A stretch of 48,812 bases of DNA from Anaerolineae bacterium (GCA_050945695.1 JBMNTK010000003.1:1-48812); one strand, 5' to 3'. Numbered from the stretch's first letter, positions 33,936-43,712 are shown. Notes: generated from the letters alone by a model not told the origin. A program made the numbers and translations.

Positions 33936-34042
33936 CTCTTCACCCCCTCAATACTGCTTGGGGAATCCTCACCCTCCGGCGCCTCTCCGGGAAAGGGAGA
34001 GACGGGGCCCGATGCCGGGGCTGCGGAGGGTGAGGTCGGTCC

Positions 34043-35440
34043 CTATCTGAGTTCAGGCAGGCTAGCAGCAGCGATGGACTGACCCACCCGCCGGCTCTTC
34101 TCGTCAGGCAGCTGCACGTTGATGCGCGTCGCCAGGTCGGGGAACTCGCTGCGCAGCACCTCGTTGGCGCCGTTCAGTATCAGGTCGCCACCTCGGCCAG
34201 ACGTGCACCGGCCCAGGATGAGCACGTGCTTGATGTCGTAGAAGTCGGCGTAGTGCGGGATGGCGTAGCCCAGGTAGTAGCCCATGCTCTGCCAGATCTT
34301 GGTTGCACCCTCGTGGCCGGCCTCCAGCTTCTCCTGCACGAACTTGAGCCTGTCCGCATCGGTGACGCCGGTTGGCAGCTCGATACCGGCCTTAGGCGCC
34401 AGTCGGAAGACGCACTGCTGGGAGAAGTAGAGGGCGCCCACGCCCTTGTCCCCGGACCACTCGTCCACCGGGGCGTTGGGCTGGTAGTCCACCGGGGCGA
34501 AGGCCAGCTCGCTCAGCCAGGGGTTGATGGAACCCTCCAGGTTGACGTAGCCCGCCGCCTCGCTGGAACCCATGGCGATGCCCAAGATGCCGGTGTCTTC
34601 CAGGGACATTGCCCCGGCCAGGGCGGTGACGTCGCCGTCGTTGATGACCTCCAGGGGCACGCCCATCTCATCGCGGATGCGCAGGAACATGTTGCGGATC
34701 TTGTCGAACTGGTCCTTGGGCACACCCCGGAACAGGGAGGCGATCATGGGCCGGTTGTTGACGTAGATGCCGGCAGAGCTGCCGCCGATGGCGTCCACCC
34801 GCGGCATCTTGGAGGCGGCCGTCTTGATCGCCGTCAGGATCTCGCGGTAGTGGTACTCGGGGTCGGAGTGCTGGCGCGGCTCCCAGACCACCTCTTCGCT
34901 ATAGATAGCCTCACCGTTGACCACGGCCGAGACCTTGCGGTCGGAGGCGCCCAGGTCGAACCCGATACGGTAGCCGTCGAGGTGGCGGCCCAGGGAACGG
35001 GCGGCCTCACGGGCCGGGGGCACGTCGGCAGGGTCGCAGGGTACGACGGTGAAGGTCTTCTCGTAGACGTCCTCGCCCATGAAGTGGTAGTCGAACTCGC
35101 GCTCGCCGCCGGGGGCATAGACCTTCTTGATGTACTCGCCGATAGAGCGCGGCCCACCTACGTAGACCTTCCAGCCGCCCCGCTGCCAGAGGAGGAACTT
35201 CACCAGCCGCTCGGCGTACATGAAGTTGGCCTCGGCGCGAGGATGGCCCTCTGGGAAGACCTGAGTCTCGAAGCGAGAGGTCTCGCCCTCCAGGCGCTCC
35301 AGGCCCAGCACCAGGGGAACGCCCTGACCGGAGTCAGCCACTTCCTTCTGGTAGGCTCGGTTAGCAAGCACCGCCGGTCGGAAATCGGGATCGAGAGGGG
35401 GTACGAACTTAGGAGGAACGAGTCTAAAGGCGTCCATCAT
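34043..35440 (-). CDS. ASKHA-fold (ROK-like) sugar kinase homologue with ~170-aa N-terminal extension
   Basis: ORF trimmed to ATGATG 35440 (AAGGAG upstream). Phosphate-1 IGFDLGASDRKVSAV, then VINDGDVTALAG, then LGIAMGSSEAAGY. Confidence 0.6.
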   Translation of the reverse strand: MMDAFRLVPPKFVPPLDPDFRPAVLANRAYQKEVADSGQGVPLVLGLERLEGETSRFETQVFPEGHPRAEANFMYAERLVKFLLWQRGGWKVYVGGPRSIGEYIKKVYAPGGEREFDYHFMGEDVYEKTFTVVPCDPADVPPAREAARSLGRHLDGYRIGFDLGASDRKVSAVVNGEAIYSEEVVWEPRQHSDPEYHYREILTAIKTAASKMPRVDAIGGSSAGIYVNNRPMIASLFRGVPKDQFDKIRNMFLRIRDEMGVPLEVINDGDVTALAGAMSLEDTGILGIAMGSSEAAGYVNLEGSINPWLSELAFAPVDYQPNAPVDEWSGDKGVGALYFSQQCVFRLAPKAGIELPTGVTDADRLKFVQEKLEAGHEGATKIWQSMGYYLGYAIPHYADFYDIKHVLILGRCTSGRGGDLILNGANEVLRSEFPDLATRINVQLPDEKSRRVGQSIAAASLPELR

Positions 35441-35687
35441 TGAGGCTCCTTTGTTGAGATACGTGGCCCAACGCCCCGCCGGCACGGAGGCAAGCCATTA
35501 GGGCAGGCACGAATAGAGAAAGCCCCGCGGCCGTGCCCTAGTTTATACTGCGAGGGATAGGCTGCAAGTCAGCTCGACGGGCGGTGAGGAGGAGAGGCGC
35601 CAAGGGGCGGGCCTTCCGTCCAACCCCCGGTCGTCCCGATGCAGCTCCGGTGCTACAGTCACGCCCAAGCCCCAGGAGCCAGAGGCC

Positions 35688-36506
35688 ATGTCAGGCAAGG
35701 TAGCGCGCTACTACGACGACAACGTGCAAAAGGAACAACAGCGGCTATCCCGGGACTTCTTCTCCGGGCTGGAGAAGCGGATCGTCCTGCACCTGATTGA
35801 CTCGTACTTCCCCGGCCACGGCCGCCTTCTGGACGTTGGCGGCGGTCCCGGAACGTACGCCCGCGAACTCCTCGACCGGGGATACGACGTCACTCTGGTG
35901 GACCTGTCGCCCAAGGCCGTCGAGGAGGCCAGACGGTGCGCCGCCGGCCATCCCCGATTCCGGGCCCTGGTCCTGGACGCCCGGGAAGTGGGGAGCTTGG
36001 GCCAGCATGCGTTCGACTGCGTCATGGTGATGGGGCCCTTCTACCACCTGCTGACGGGGGAGGAGCGCCGGAGGGCCCTGGATGCTGCCTGGACGGTGCT
36101 CAAGCCAGGTGGGGTCCTCATGGGCGCCGCCATCGGCTTCTACGCGGCGATCGCCGGCCTCATAGAAAGGCGCATGTTCGACTTCTTCATCAGCGATGAC
36201 GTGCCACTAGACCCGAGGCTCGACGGGTACCCGTACGTGATGCCGGAAGGACAGGGCCTCGCCGACTTCTACATGACCAGGCCCGGCCCCTTCCGCGCCT
36301 TCTTCGAGGAGCGCGGGTTCCGCACGCTGAGCTTGGCCGGCAGCAAAGGCATCTTCACCTATCTGGGGGAAGCACTGAACGCAGCGCCGCCAGAGGTGCA
36401 GGAGAAGGCGACCGCCATCACCCTGGCCACCTGCGAGGACCCAGACATAGTGGGCCTGTCCAACCACTTCTTCTACGTGGGGCAGAAGCCACCGGCAGAT
36501 GCGTAA
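35688..36506 (+). CDS. class I SAM-dependent methyltransferase
   Basis: Motif I LLDVGGGPGTYARELLDRGYDVTLVDLS, plus post-I and motif II (VMVMGPFYHL). Confidence 0.8.
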   Translation: MSGKVARYYDDNVQKEQQRLSRDFFSGLEKRIVLHLIDSYFPGHGRLLDVGGGPGTYARELLDRGYDVTLVDLSPKAVEEARRCAAGHPRFRALVLDAREVGSLGQHAFDCVMVMGPFYHLLTGEERRRALDAAWTVLKPGGVLMGAAIGFYAAIAGLIERRMFDFFISDDVPLDPRLDGYPYVMPEGQGLADFYMTRPGPFRAFFEERGFRTLSLAGSKGIFTYLGEALNAAPPEVQEKATAITLATCEDPDIVGLSNHFFYVGQKPPADA

Positions 36507-36532
36507 GGGGCGATGACGCCCGTCCCCAGGCC

Positions 36533-37273
36533 TCAGGTCAGCCCCTTCTCCCCCGCGATCAGCGTGAGGGCCTTGATGCCGGCGCCCGAGACATCACCGG
36601 TGCCACCGGCGTCCTGGAAGCGGTAGAAGTCTAGCCGGGCGATGAGCTCGTCCAGGTCGGCCAGCGCCTGCCCGTAGAGCTGTCGGTGCACCTCGATCAG
36701 GCGGGAGAGGGTCGCCTCGTCGGGGGCCATATCCAGCGCCATCCGCAAGTGTCCCAAGCACAGCCCTTGGCCAGTAGACATCGCCTCCGCCACCTTCGGA
36801 TCGTGTAGGTTCTCCAGAAGGACGTTGAGGTAGATGAATTCCGCTTGCTGCTGCGCCTCGCACGCCGGGCAGGTCCCGGTTGGCTCCAGGGCGGCACGGA
36901 CCTGCGCCGCCGCGGGCAGGGGACGACGCCGCCTCAGCAGCCGCCGCACACGCGAGATCAGCCCCGGGGTGACAGGGGGGCGGGGGTCATCGCCGCCGAG
37001 GGCGACGGCCACATCCCGCACCACGTCCCGGTACACGAGGAACATCCCCGGCACGCCCCCGTGCTCCCGCATGTACCAGGCGTGGGCCCGGCACAGCCCC
37101 TGGGCCCGCCGCGTGCGCTCCCGGGTGGTGGGGTTGTTGACGTTCTCGTAGATCAGCGCGTCTATGTACAGCTCAGCCCCGCGCCTACCCAGGAGGCAGG
37201 GCGGGCAGTGACCGGCCTGCAGCGCCTCCAAGGTCTCGAAGTACAGCGTATGCTTATCCTTGGCCCTGGCCAA
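36533..37273 (-). CDS. Cys-rich protein with internal duplication (resembles DUF6062)
   Basis: TTG start with GGAGGAGG upstream. Two homologous modules: GHCPPC...YIDALIYENVNNP...GLCRAHAW and GTCPACE...YLNVLLENLHDP...GLCLGHLR. No signal peptide. Confidence 0.6.
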   Translation of the reverse strand: MARAKDKHTLYFETLEALQAGHCPPCLLGRRGAELYIDALIYENVNNPTTRERTRRAQGLCRAHAWYMREHGGVPGMFLVYRDVVRDVAVALGGDDPRPPVTPGLISRVRRLLRRRRPLPAAAQVRAALEPTGTCPACEAQQQAEFIYLNVLLENLHDPKVAEAMSTGQGLCLGHLRMALDMAPDEATLSRLIEVHRQLYGQALADLDELIARLDFYRFQDAGGTGDVSGAGIKALTLIAGEKGLT

Positions 37274-37312
37274 TGCCTCCTCCGAGTGGCGGGGATGGGG
37301 TGAGGATACCCC

Positions 37313-40300
37313 TCACCACTCCAATCGCGCCAGGTAGTGCCGCCAGTCCGCCGTCGGCATCTGGAAGCTGCCTACCGTGTACACGACCCTGCGGCCATCG
37401 GGGCTGATCTGCACCACCTCGTGGATCTCCTCCGCCAGCGTCATCGGCTGGCCGCCGCGGGTGTCTATGGCCCGGAGCGCCGCGTGTAACATTCCGTCGG
37501 TTCCCCCTGGCACGTCCACGAAGGCCAGGTAGGGTCCTTCACCTAGCCAGGTGAGGTAATCGTAGCGGTGCTTCCACTCCCCCGGCGCCCAGAGGGACCG
37601 AGCACCTGACCCATCGGCATTCACCAGCCAGATCTCCCACGTCCTGGTCTCGGGCCGGTCGAGGCTGTAGGCCAGGGTGCTGCCATCCGGTGACCAGGCT
37701 AGGGGCGCTTGGGGGGCGAAGACGAAGGGCTCGTAGGACAGCCCGTCGCTTATGATCGTCTCCGTCCCCGTGGCCACATCCAGGATGCTGAGGACAGCGC
37801 ACTCCTCGCGCAGCCTGAGCGTGGCCAGCTTGCTCCCGTCGGGGGAGAGGGCGAAGCGCAAGCCCACGTAGGAGTATGCCTCTGACCAAGGCGGTGGCGT
37901 CGAGAGCGGTTGTGGGGTGGCGCCACGGTAGAGCCCGCACCAGGCCTCCTGGCCCAGCTGGATGGGCACCACTGTGCTCGTGCCCAGCCTGGGGTTGGCC
38001 ACGTGGACGCCCTGGTCACTAGCGAACGCCACGTAACCCGTGGGGTGGGCTAGGATGCGGGTGATCTCATAGGTGCGGCCCAACTCCTGCGCCTCGCTCG
38101 TCTCCAGATCGAGGAAGGTGACAGGCACGAGGGGGCCCGTCTCTGGAGTGGGCAGGGGCGCGTAGACGATGGCGTTCTCGTCCACCCAGGCGAACTGGAT
38201 CTGCTGGCCCCGGCCCAAGGGCCGCAAGAGTCCCTCGTCCAGCGAGGCCAACCACAGCTCCGGCTGCTCGTCCTCTCCGGTACGATAGCAAAGGTAGCGG
38301 GGGCCCGAGGGGGACAGAAGCGGGTAGCAGCCATCGTTGGGGGTGGACAGCTCTGTGATCTCGGCCACGCGCACGGCGGCCGCGGGGGTCGGCCGGACCT
38401 CTGTCCCCGGCCCAGGCGTGGCCGCTGGCGTCCCCGTCGGGCTGGGACCGGTCACCTGCGGTAGGACGGGCCTCCGGATTACCCAGAGAGGATCACCCTG
38501 GATCCCCCTTACACTGGTGGTCAGCGCCACGTAAGCGCCGTCGGCGGACCAGGCAGCCTCATCCACCCCCCAGCCGCCCGTGGTCACGCGCGCCCTCGCC
38601 TGCCCGTCGGCCGAGCAGGCCCAGAGGTCCTGCATCGAGTCCAGGTAGAGCAGCATCCCGCCATCCGGGGACCACGTGGGCCGGTAGGAGTCTCCGCCCA
38701 GGCGATCTACGGCCATAGGGGCAGCCTTGGCCGTGAGCGGATCCCAGTCGAAGGCCACGTGGCCCGCGGATACCAGCGCCTCCAACCGGTCAGCCTTCAG
38801 GTCCAGGATGGCCAGGTAGAGCTCGAAGGGCTGCCCGGGGTCGAGGTCGGTGCCCACCAGTTCACCCTCGGGCCCGCGCTCGGGGTTCCCCAGCAGCATG
38901 AACGCGACCGACTCCCCATCGGGCGACGAGGCGGCGCCGAGGGCATTCGCCGACAAGAGGCGAGACGAGCCCTCGTCGTGGTCCCACAGATAGAGCATGG
39001 GCCGGCTCGTCCTCAGCCGGGTGCGCTCCGGCGGCTCCTCGCCCTCCTTGGTCGGAGGCGGGAAGGCTCCCTGAGGTTCATCGTACTCGCGCTGCCACTC
39101 TACGTAGAAGAAGCTGCGGCCATCGGGTGCCCAGGCCTGGAAGCGCACCTCGGTGGCCTCGGCGCCCATAGGCAGGAGCGTCTCGGCACCCGTCTCCCGG
39201 TCCGCGACCAGGAGGCCGGGCCTGTTCTCGGGCCGCTCCAGGATGAGCACCTTCCCGTCCGGCGACCAGAAGTGCCGTCCACCCCAACGATGGGCGATCT
39301 CGGCATCGGGGCCGCCCGCCAGGAGCTGGATACCGCCGTCGCTCAGGTCTATCGCGTACAGGCGCCTCTGCCCCCTCGGGTCGGAGTCCAGCGTCCCTTC
39401 CAGGACCACCGTGTCCTCGTCGAGCCAGCCGCTCACTCGGGCCGGCTCGCCCGGATCGCCCCAGGCTGGTAGCCGACCGGTGAGCAGCGGCGTTACCACC
39501 CCGCCATCGGCTGTGGCGACCACCAGTCCGGCGCCTGAGTCGGGCTGCTGAGGCCCCTTCACGTCCACAAACGCGATCCGCCGCCCGTCCGGCGACCATA
39601 CCGGCGGGTCAACCAGGAAGGCAGGGATGCGAACGTCTGCGGAGAAGTCGGGACCGCGGTACAGACAGAGGCCGCCCATGGGTGCGCGCACGGGGTAGCA
39701 CTGAGCGGCCAGGATGCTGCCCTCAGGCGACCAAGCCGAGCCCCGAAGGATGCCCTGGGGGCCAAGCAACACCTCGGTGCCGGCGGCGAAGTCGCTGCCG
39801 TGCACGTCCACGACAGGAGTAGGGGTGGGTGCCGGAGTGGGGGTAGGCACGGGCTGGACGAAGAGGGAGCAGTCGTTTGCGGCCAGGAGAGGATCCGCCC
39901 CCACGCCGACGTAGATCCCGTAGTTGCCTCCGGCGCAGGTGTTGCCCGTCGCCTCGCCACCGGCGGAGTCATGGAAGGCGAGGCCGGCGGACGGGTTGTC
40001 CTGCAGGGTGTTCCCTTCCAGCAGCGGCCGGCATTCGCCGCCTACGGAGATGCCCTCGCGCCCATTGCCGGTGCAGCGGTTGTTCCGCGCCTCGCCGGCA
40101 CAGTCTCCTTTGGCCGAGTAGGCAATGCCGGCCTCTCCGTTGCCGGTGCAGACGTTGTCCTCCAGCACCGGCCGGAGCGCCACGTCGGTGCGGATCGGTT
40201 CGTTAGTCTCGAATCCGCTCACTAGTATGCCGAACTTGCCGTTGTCGGAGCAGGTGTTGCCACGGGCCGTCCCCTGGGCGTCGTGCCCGAAGTAGATGCC

Positions 40301-41155
40301 AGCCTCTCCGTTACCGGCGCAGGTGTTGCCCTCCAGCAGGGGAGCTGCCCCCTGGGAGACCGCGATGCCGTAGCCCTCATTCTGCGAGAGGTCGCAGTCC
40401 CGGATGACCGCGCCTTCCGACTCCTGGACACGGGCTCCCGAGTAGTTCCTGACGAACGCGCTGCGCTCCGCCACGAGCCGCGCCTGGTCCACCACCAAGA
40501 GCCCCTGGGCGTTATCCAGGGCTCGGCTGTCCCTAACGACGCCGGAGGATGACTCACCGAAAGTAAAGCCGTGGACGTTGGCGATGGCCTCACACTCGGT
40601 CACCTCTGCCCGCGCGCCGCCCCCCACATATAGCCCGCTCCCTGCGACTATGGAGGCCCAGGAGCCAACGCCACCGGTGAAGCGACAGTCACTGAACTGG
40701 GACTCGCCCGACAGCACCTCCACCACGCTGCCAGAATGGCTCCCCTCACGGGCGAAGGTGATCCCTGAGGCGTAGAAGCTCTCGCCGCCGAAGCGGAGCA
40801 CGTAGGCATCCCGGCCGTCACAGGCCACCCGGGTCTGCCCCATCCCCGGCCCGATCAAGGCCAGGGAACGGTTGATCTCGAAGGGGCGGCCCTCACAGCC
40901 GTAGGTGCCCGGCCCCAGGTAGATGACCGAGCCGGCATGCACCGTCTGCAAGGCAACCTGCAGGCTGGGATAGTCGCCGCTGCCGTCGGCTTCCAGGTGC
41001 ACCACCTCCGGCTTGAGCGGTGAGACGAAGGTAGCCTCGAGAGCACTCACCGCAGGGTGGGGCAAGCGGTCAGAGCCCAAGCCTGGTACCAGCACCCAGG
41101 CCAGAACGCAGACCAGTCCAACTCCCAGAAGGCGGATGGAGCGGTACGCTTGCAT
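37313..41155 (-). CDS. giant secreted protein: right-handed parallel beta-helix (NosD/PbH1-like) plus multiple PD40 propeller regions
   Basis: N-terminal hydrophobic signal/anchor. Repeated ..N.C.GNGE.GI.. turns (CAGNGEAGIY, CSDNGKFGIL, CTGNGEAGIA, CTGNGREGIS). A PTPTPAPTPTP linker. At least 10 blades (VWSPDGRRIAFV, FWSPDGKVLIL, TWSPDGGMLLYL, AWSPDGSTLAYS ...). Confidence 0.8.
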   Translation of the reverse strand: MQAYRSIRLLGVGLVCVLAWVLVPGLGSDRLPHPAVSALEATFVSPLKPEVVHLEADGSGDYPSLQVALQTVHAGSVIYLGPGTYGCEGRPFEINRSLALIGPGMGQTRVACDGRDAYVLRFGGESFYASGITFAREGSHSGSVVEVLSGESQFSDCRFTGGVGSWASIVAGSGLYVGGGARAEVTECEAIANVHGFTFGESSSGVVRDSRALDNAQGLLVVDQARLVAERSAFVRNYSGARVQESEGAVIRDCDLSQNEGYGIAVSQGAAPLLEGNTCAGNGEAGIYFGHDAQGTARGNTCSDNGKFGILVSGFETNEPIRTDVALRPVLEDNVCTGNGEAGIAYSAKGDCAGEARNNRCTGNGREGISVGGECRPLLEGNTLQDNPSAGLAFHDSAGGEATGNTCAGGNYGIYVGVGADPLLAANDCSLFVQPVPTPTPAPTPTPVVDVHGSDFAAGTEVLLGPQGILRGSAWSPEGSILAAQCYPVRAPMGGLCLYRGPDFSADVRIPAFLVDPPVWSPDGRRIAFVDVKGPQQPDSGAGLVVATADGGVVTPLLTGRLPAWGDPGEPARVSGWLDEDTVVLEGTLDSDPRGQRRLYAIDLSDGGIQLLAGGPDAEIAHRWGGRHFWSPDGKVLILERPENRPGLLVADRETGAETLLPMGAEATEVRFQAWAPDGRSFFYVEWQREYDEPQGAFPPPTKEGEEPPERTRLRTSRPMLYLWDHDEGSSRLLSANALGAASSPDGESVAFMLLGNPERGPEGELVGTDLDPGQPFELYLAILDLKADRLEALVSAGHVAFDWDPLTAKAAPMAVDRLGGDSYRPTWSPDGGMLLYLDSMQDLWACSADGQARARVTTGGWGVDEAAWSADGAYVALTTSVRGIQGDPLWVIRRPVLPQVTGPSPTGTPAATPGPGTEVRPTPAAAVRVAEITELSTPNDGCYPLLSPSGPRYLCYRTGEDEQPELWLASLDEGLLRPLGRGQQIQFAWVDENAIVYAPLPTPETGPLVPVTFLDLETSEAQELGRTYEITRILAHPTGYVAFASDQGVHVANPRLGTSTVVPIQLGQEAWCGLYRGATPQPLSTPPPWSEAYSYVGLRFALSPDGSKLATLRLREECAVLSILDVATGTETIISDGLSYEPFVFAPQAPLAWSPDGSTLAYSLDRPETRTWEIWLVNADGSGARSLWAPGEWKHRYDYLTWLGEGPYLAFVDVPGGTDGMLHAALRAIDTRGGQPMTLAEEIHEVVQISPDGRRVVYTVGSFQMPTADWRHYLARLEW

Positions 41156-41175
41156 AGTTGCCTCCCCTCACCCGG

Positions 41176-43527
41176 CTACCTCACCGCCATGGGCCGCTCG
41201 CCCTGGGTCAGGGGCACCAGCCCCGACCCATCGGGCCGCACTGCCCAGACACTCTCGGCCATCCGGATGCCGTGTCGGCAGCGGAAGACGATGTACTCCC
41301 CGTTCGGGCTCCACCCCAGGTCCTCGATGGCGTAGATGCGGTTGGGCGGGAAGCCCTCTCCCCGGCTCAGGTACTCCTCCATGGGCACCGTCTGGTCGTC
41401 CGATCCGTCCGGGCCCACCAGGCGCAGCTCCGGGCTGTGGCAGCCGGCCTCGGCCGGACGGCACAGCGCGTAGGCGATGGTCGCCCCGTCCGGGGACCAA
41501 GCCGCCCCCGTGATCCGCTCCTCCCCCGTGGTCAGCTCCCGCCGCACACCCTCCTCGGGGTCCACCACGACCAGGACCGAGCCCTCGATGCCGGGCCGGG
41601 AGATGACGAAGAGCAGACTCCCCTCGGCTGACCAGCCCAGGAACTGGGCGTACTGGTCCGGGCCCACTGCTAGGAACGCCTCACTGGTGGAGGTGTCCTC
41701 CAGGACGTAGAGAGAAGGCTCCGAGAGCAGGCCGGTGCGTGTGAGGGCGTAGCGCCCATCGGGGGAAGGGTACCGAAGGACGTCGGCGCGCTCCTCGGTG
41801 CGCTCGCCGGTCTCCAGGTCCACGGCCACGAGGACGGGGGCCCCGCCGTTCCAGGCCAGGTAGGTCAGATGCGTGGAGTCCAACCATGCCAGGCCCGTGG
41901 GCCGCTCAGTCTGGGCGACCACCTCCGGCGAACCGTCACTCGCGCCCAGCTCTATGACCCCAACGTGCCCGCTCAAGAGGGTGGGCCCAAACCGGTTGTG
42001 CACCAAGTAGGCCAGCCTGGTCCCATCTGGTGATATGACCACCTCTCCCAGCGTCCAGTAGTCCGCGGAAGGCAGAGTCAGCAGACGCCCATCCGACCCC
42101 TGCGCCACATCGTGCAGCCACAGCTCCTCGTCACGCTCCACCAGCAGCGACAACGGCTCTCCTTCGTAGGCTCCCCACCCCGGCGAGGGATAGGGCTCCT
42201 GCCAGCCACCGGACACTGCCTCGTTGGAGGGCTTCCACTGCACGTCGGGCGCGTCCCGAAAGACTTGCCGCATCAGGCCCTCGGTCAGGTCTAGCGTCCA
42301 CACCCCTTGGGGGCTTCGACGCAGCACCAGTCGCGTCCCATCCGGCGCCCAACCCAGGGGCCAATCGGAGGGTTCGTCGCGCGTTAGCCTCTGGGGGCGG
42401 CTGCCCGCCGAGTCGGTAAGCCAGAGGTCGAGGACTTCCCTTTCCGCCCAGTACTCGCCCAGGGCCGCGAGGCCAACCCACCGACCATCAGGCGAGATGG
42501 AGTAAGCCCACACCGGCAGCCCCGAGGTCACCTGCTGGGGAGGGCCGCCAGCGACCGGAAGCAGCCATAGGCTCTGCTGCCGCTCTCCCTCTCCGGCCGC
42601 GCTCCCCAGGGCCAAGTAGGCCAGGTGTTGCCCGTCGGGGGACCAGGAAAGGTAGGTGTCAGGGTAGAGCTGGATGTCCATATCGCCATTGGGCACCGTG
42701 TGCAGGCGCACGAAGTCACCGGTATCGGGGTCCAGCAGAGCGATGTGTGCCTCCGGCTGGCAGTATTCGGTCACTGCCAGCCGGTCCCCGGAGGGCGACC
42801 ACCGAAACCCCCGCAGATGACAGCCGGACGCGGGCTCGGGTAGCGGCTCCGGCAGGCTCCCCGGGTCTGTCTTCACCAGGTACCAGCCCTCGTCGGGCCG
42901 CCGGAAGACCACCCTCGAGCCGTCAGGAGAGATCACCGGATCCTCGCCGTCCGTCAGGTACCGCAGGGCACCGGACGACACGTCGAGCAGGTACAGCTGG
43001 ACTTGGAAGGGGGGATCTGCCTCCGGGCGCGGCCGGTTGGGATAGTTGCCCACGGCCAGCACCAAGGTGCCCCCATCGGCCGTGGGTCCACCCCAGCCGA
43101 CGGCGGGCATATCAGTCTCGAGCATGCCTCTCGGCCCCAGGTACAGCTCCAGGCGAGTCACCGTGTCGATGAGCAGCTCCCGCTCTCCCTCGTCCGTCAC
43201 CAGCCATACCTGGTTCCCCTCCCGCACGATCACCTGGAAGGGCTCCGGCGTGACCCCCTCCAGGCCAGGGAGGTAGGGTGGCTCCGCCACGGGCACCGTA
43301 GGGAAGACGGTCGGTGTGGGCGTGAGGAATGGCGTGGCCGTTGGGATGGCCGTCGCCAGGCCGGGAGTCGGCGTCGGCAGAGGGGAGTAGGGCCCCAGGG
43401 GTGAAACCAGAACCAAGGAGGAAGGCGCGGGGCCAGTGCTACGTGCTGCCGCCGCAGCGGACAGGCAGGCCGTCAACGCCAGGACGATGAGAACGAGTGC
43501 GGCAAGGCGAGCCGAGAGTCCCATCAT
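41176..43527 (-). CDS. multi-propeller PD40/TolB-like lipoprotein
   Basis: ORF trimmed to ATGATG 43527 (AGGAGG upstream). Lipobox-like LALTAC, a Pro/Thr linker, and ~10 blade motifs (ISPDGSRVVFR, SWSPDGQHLAYL, GWAPDGTRLVLR, AWSPDGATIAYA, GWSPNGEYIVFR). Confidence 0.8.
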   Translation of the reverse strand: MMGLSARLAALVLIVLALTACLSAAAAARSTGPAPSSLVLVSPLGPYSPLPTPTPGLATAIPTATPFLTPTPTVFPTVPVAEPPYLPGLEGVTPEPFQVIVREGNQVWLVTDEGERELLIDTVTRLELYLGPRGMLETDMPAVGWGGPTADGGTLVLAVGNYPNRPRPEADPPFQVQLYLLDVSSGALRYLTDGEDPVISPDGSRVVFRRPDEGWYLVKTDPGSLPEPLPEPASGCHLRGFRWSPSGDRLAVTEYCQPEAHIALLDPDTGDFVRLHTVPNGDMDIQLYPDTYLSWSPDGQHLAYLALGSAAGEGERQQSLWLLPVAGGPPQQVTSGLPVWAYSISPDGRWVGLAALGEYWAEREVLDLWLTDSAGSRPQRLTRDEPSDWPLGWAPDGTRLVLRRSPQGVWTLDLTEGLMRQVFRDAPDVQWKPSNEAVSGGWQEPYPSPGWGAYEGEPLSLLVERDEELWLHDVAQGSDGRLLTLPSADYWTLGEVVISPDGTRLAYLVHNRFGPTLLSGHVGVIELGASDGSPEVVAQTERPTGLAWLDSTHLTYLAWNGGAPVLVAVDLETGERTEERADVLRYPSPDGRYALTRTGLLSEPSLYVLEDTSTSEAFLAVGPDQYAQFLGWSAEGSLLFVISRPGIEGSVLVVVDPEEGVRRELTTGEERITGAAWSPDGATIAYALCRPAEAGCHSPELRLVGPDGSDDQTVPMEEYLSRGEGFPPNRIYAIEDLGWSPNGEYIVFRCRHGIRMAESVWAVRPDGSGLVPLTQGERPMAVR

Positions 43528-43597
43528 AGTGCCTCCTGGCAGACGCATGGGACAGGGGCGGGCCTAAGCCGGCCCATCGTCAGCAACACGTACGGCC

Positions 43598-43626
43598 ATG
43601 ATACGCACATCCTTCGCCCCCTTCAA
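43598..43626 (-). promoter_or_regulatory. sigma-70-like promoter (TTGAAG-17 nt-TATCAT) for the propeller operon
   Basis: The minus strand reads ttgaag ggggcgaaggatgtgcg tatcat, ~70 nt upstream of ATG 43527. Confidence 0.4.
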
Positions 43627-43712
43627 TGGGCAAGGCAGGTACAATGCCGCCGGCTTCTAGTCCCTCGAGAAGAGGTCTCCCGCACCCACACAGATGGGCG
43701 GCCAAACGGCCA

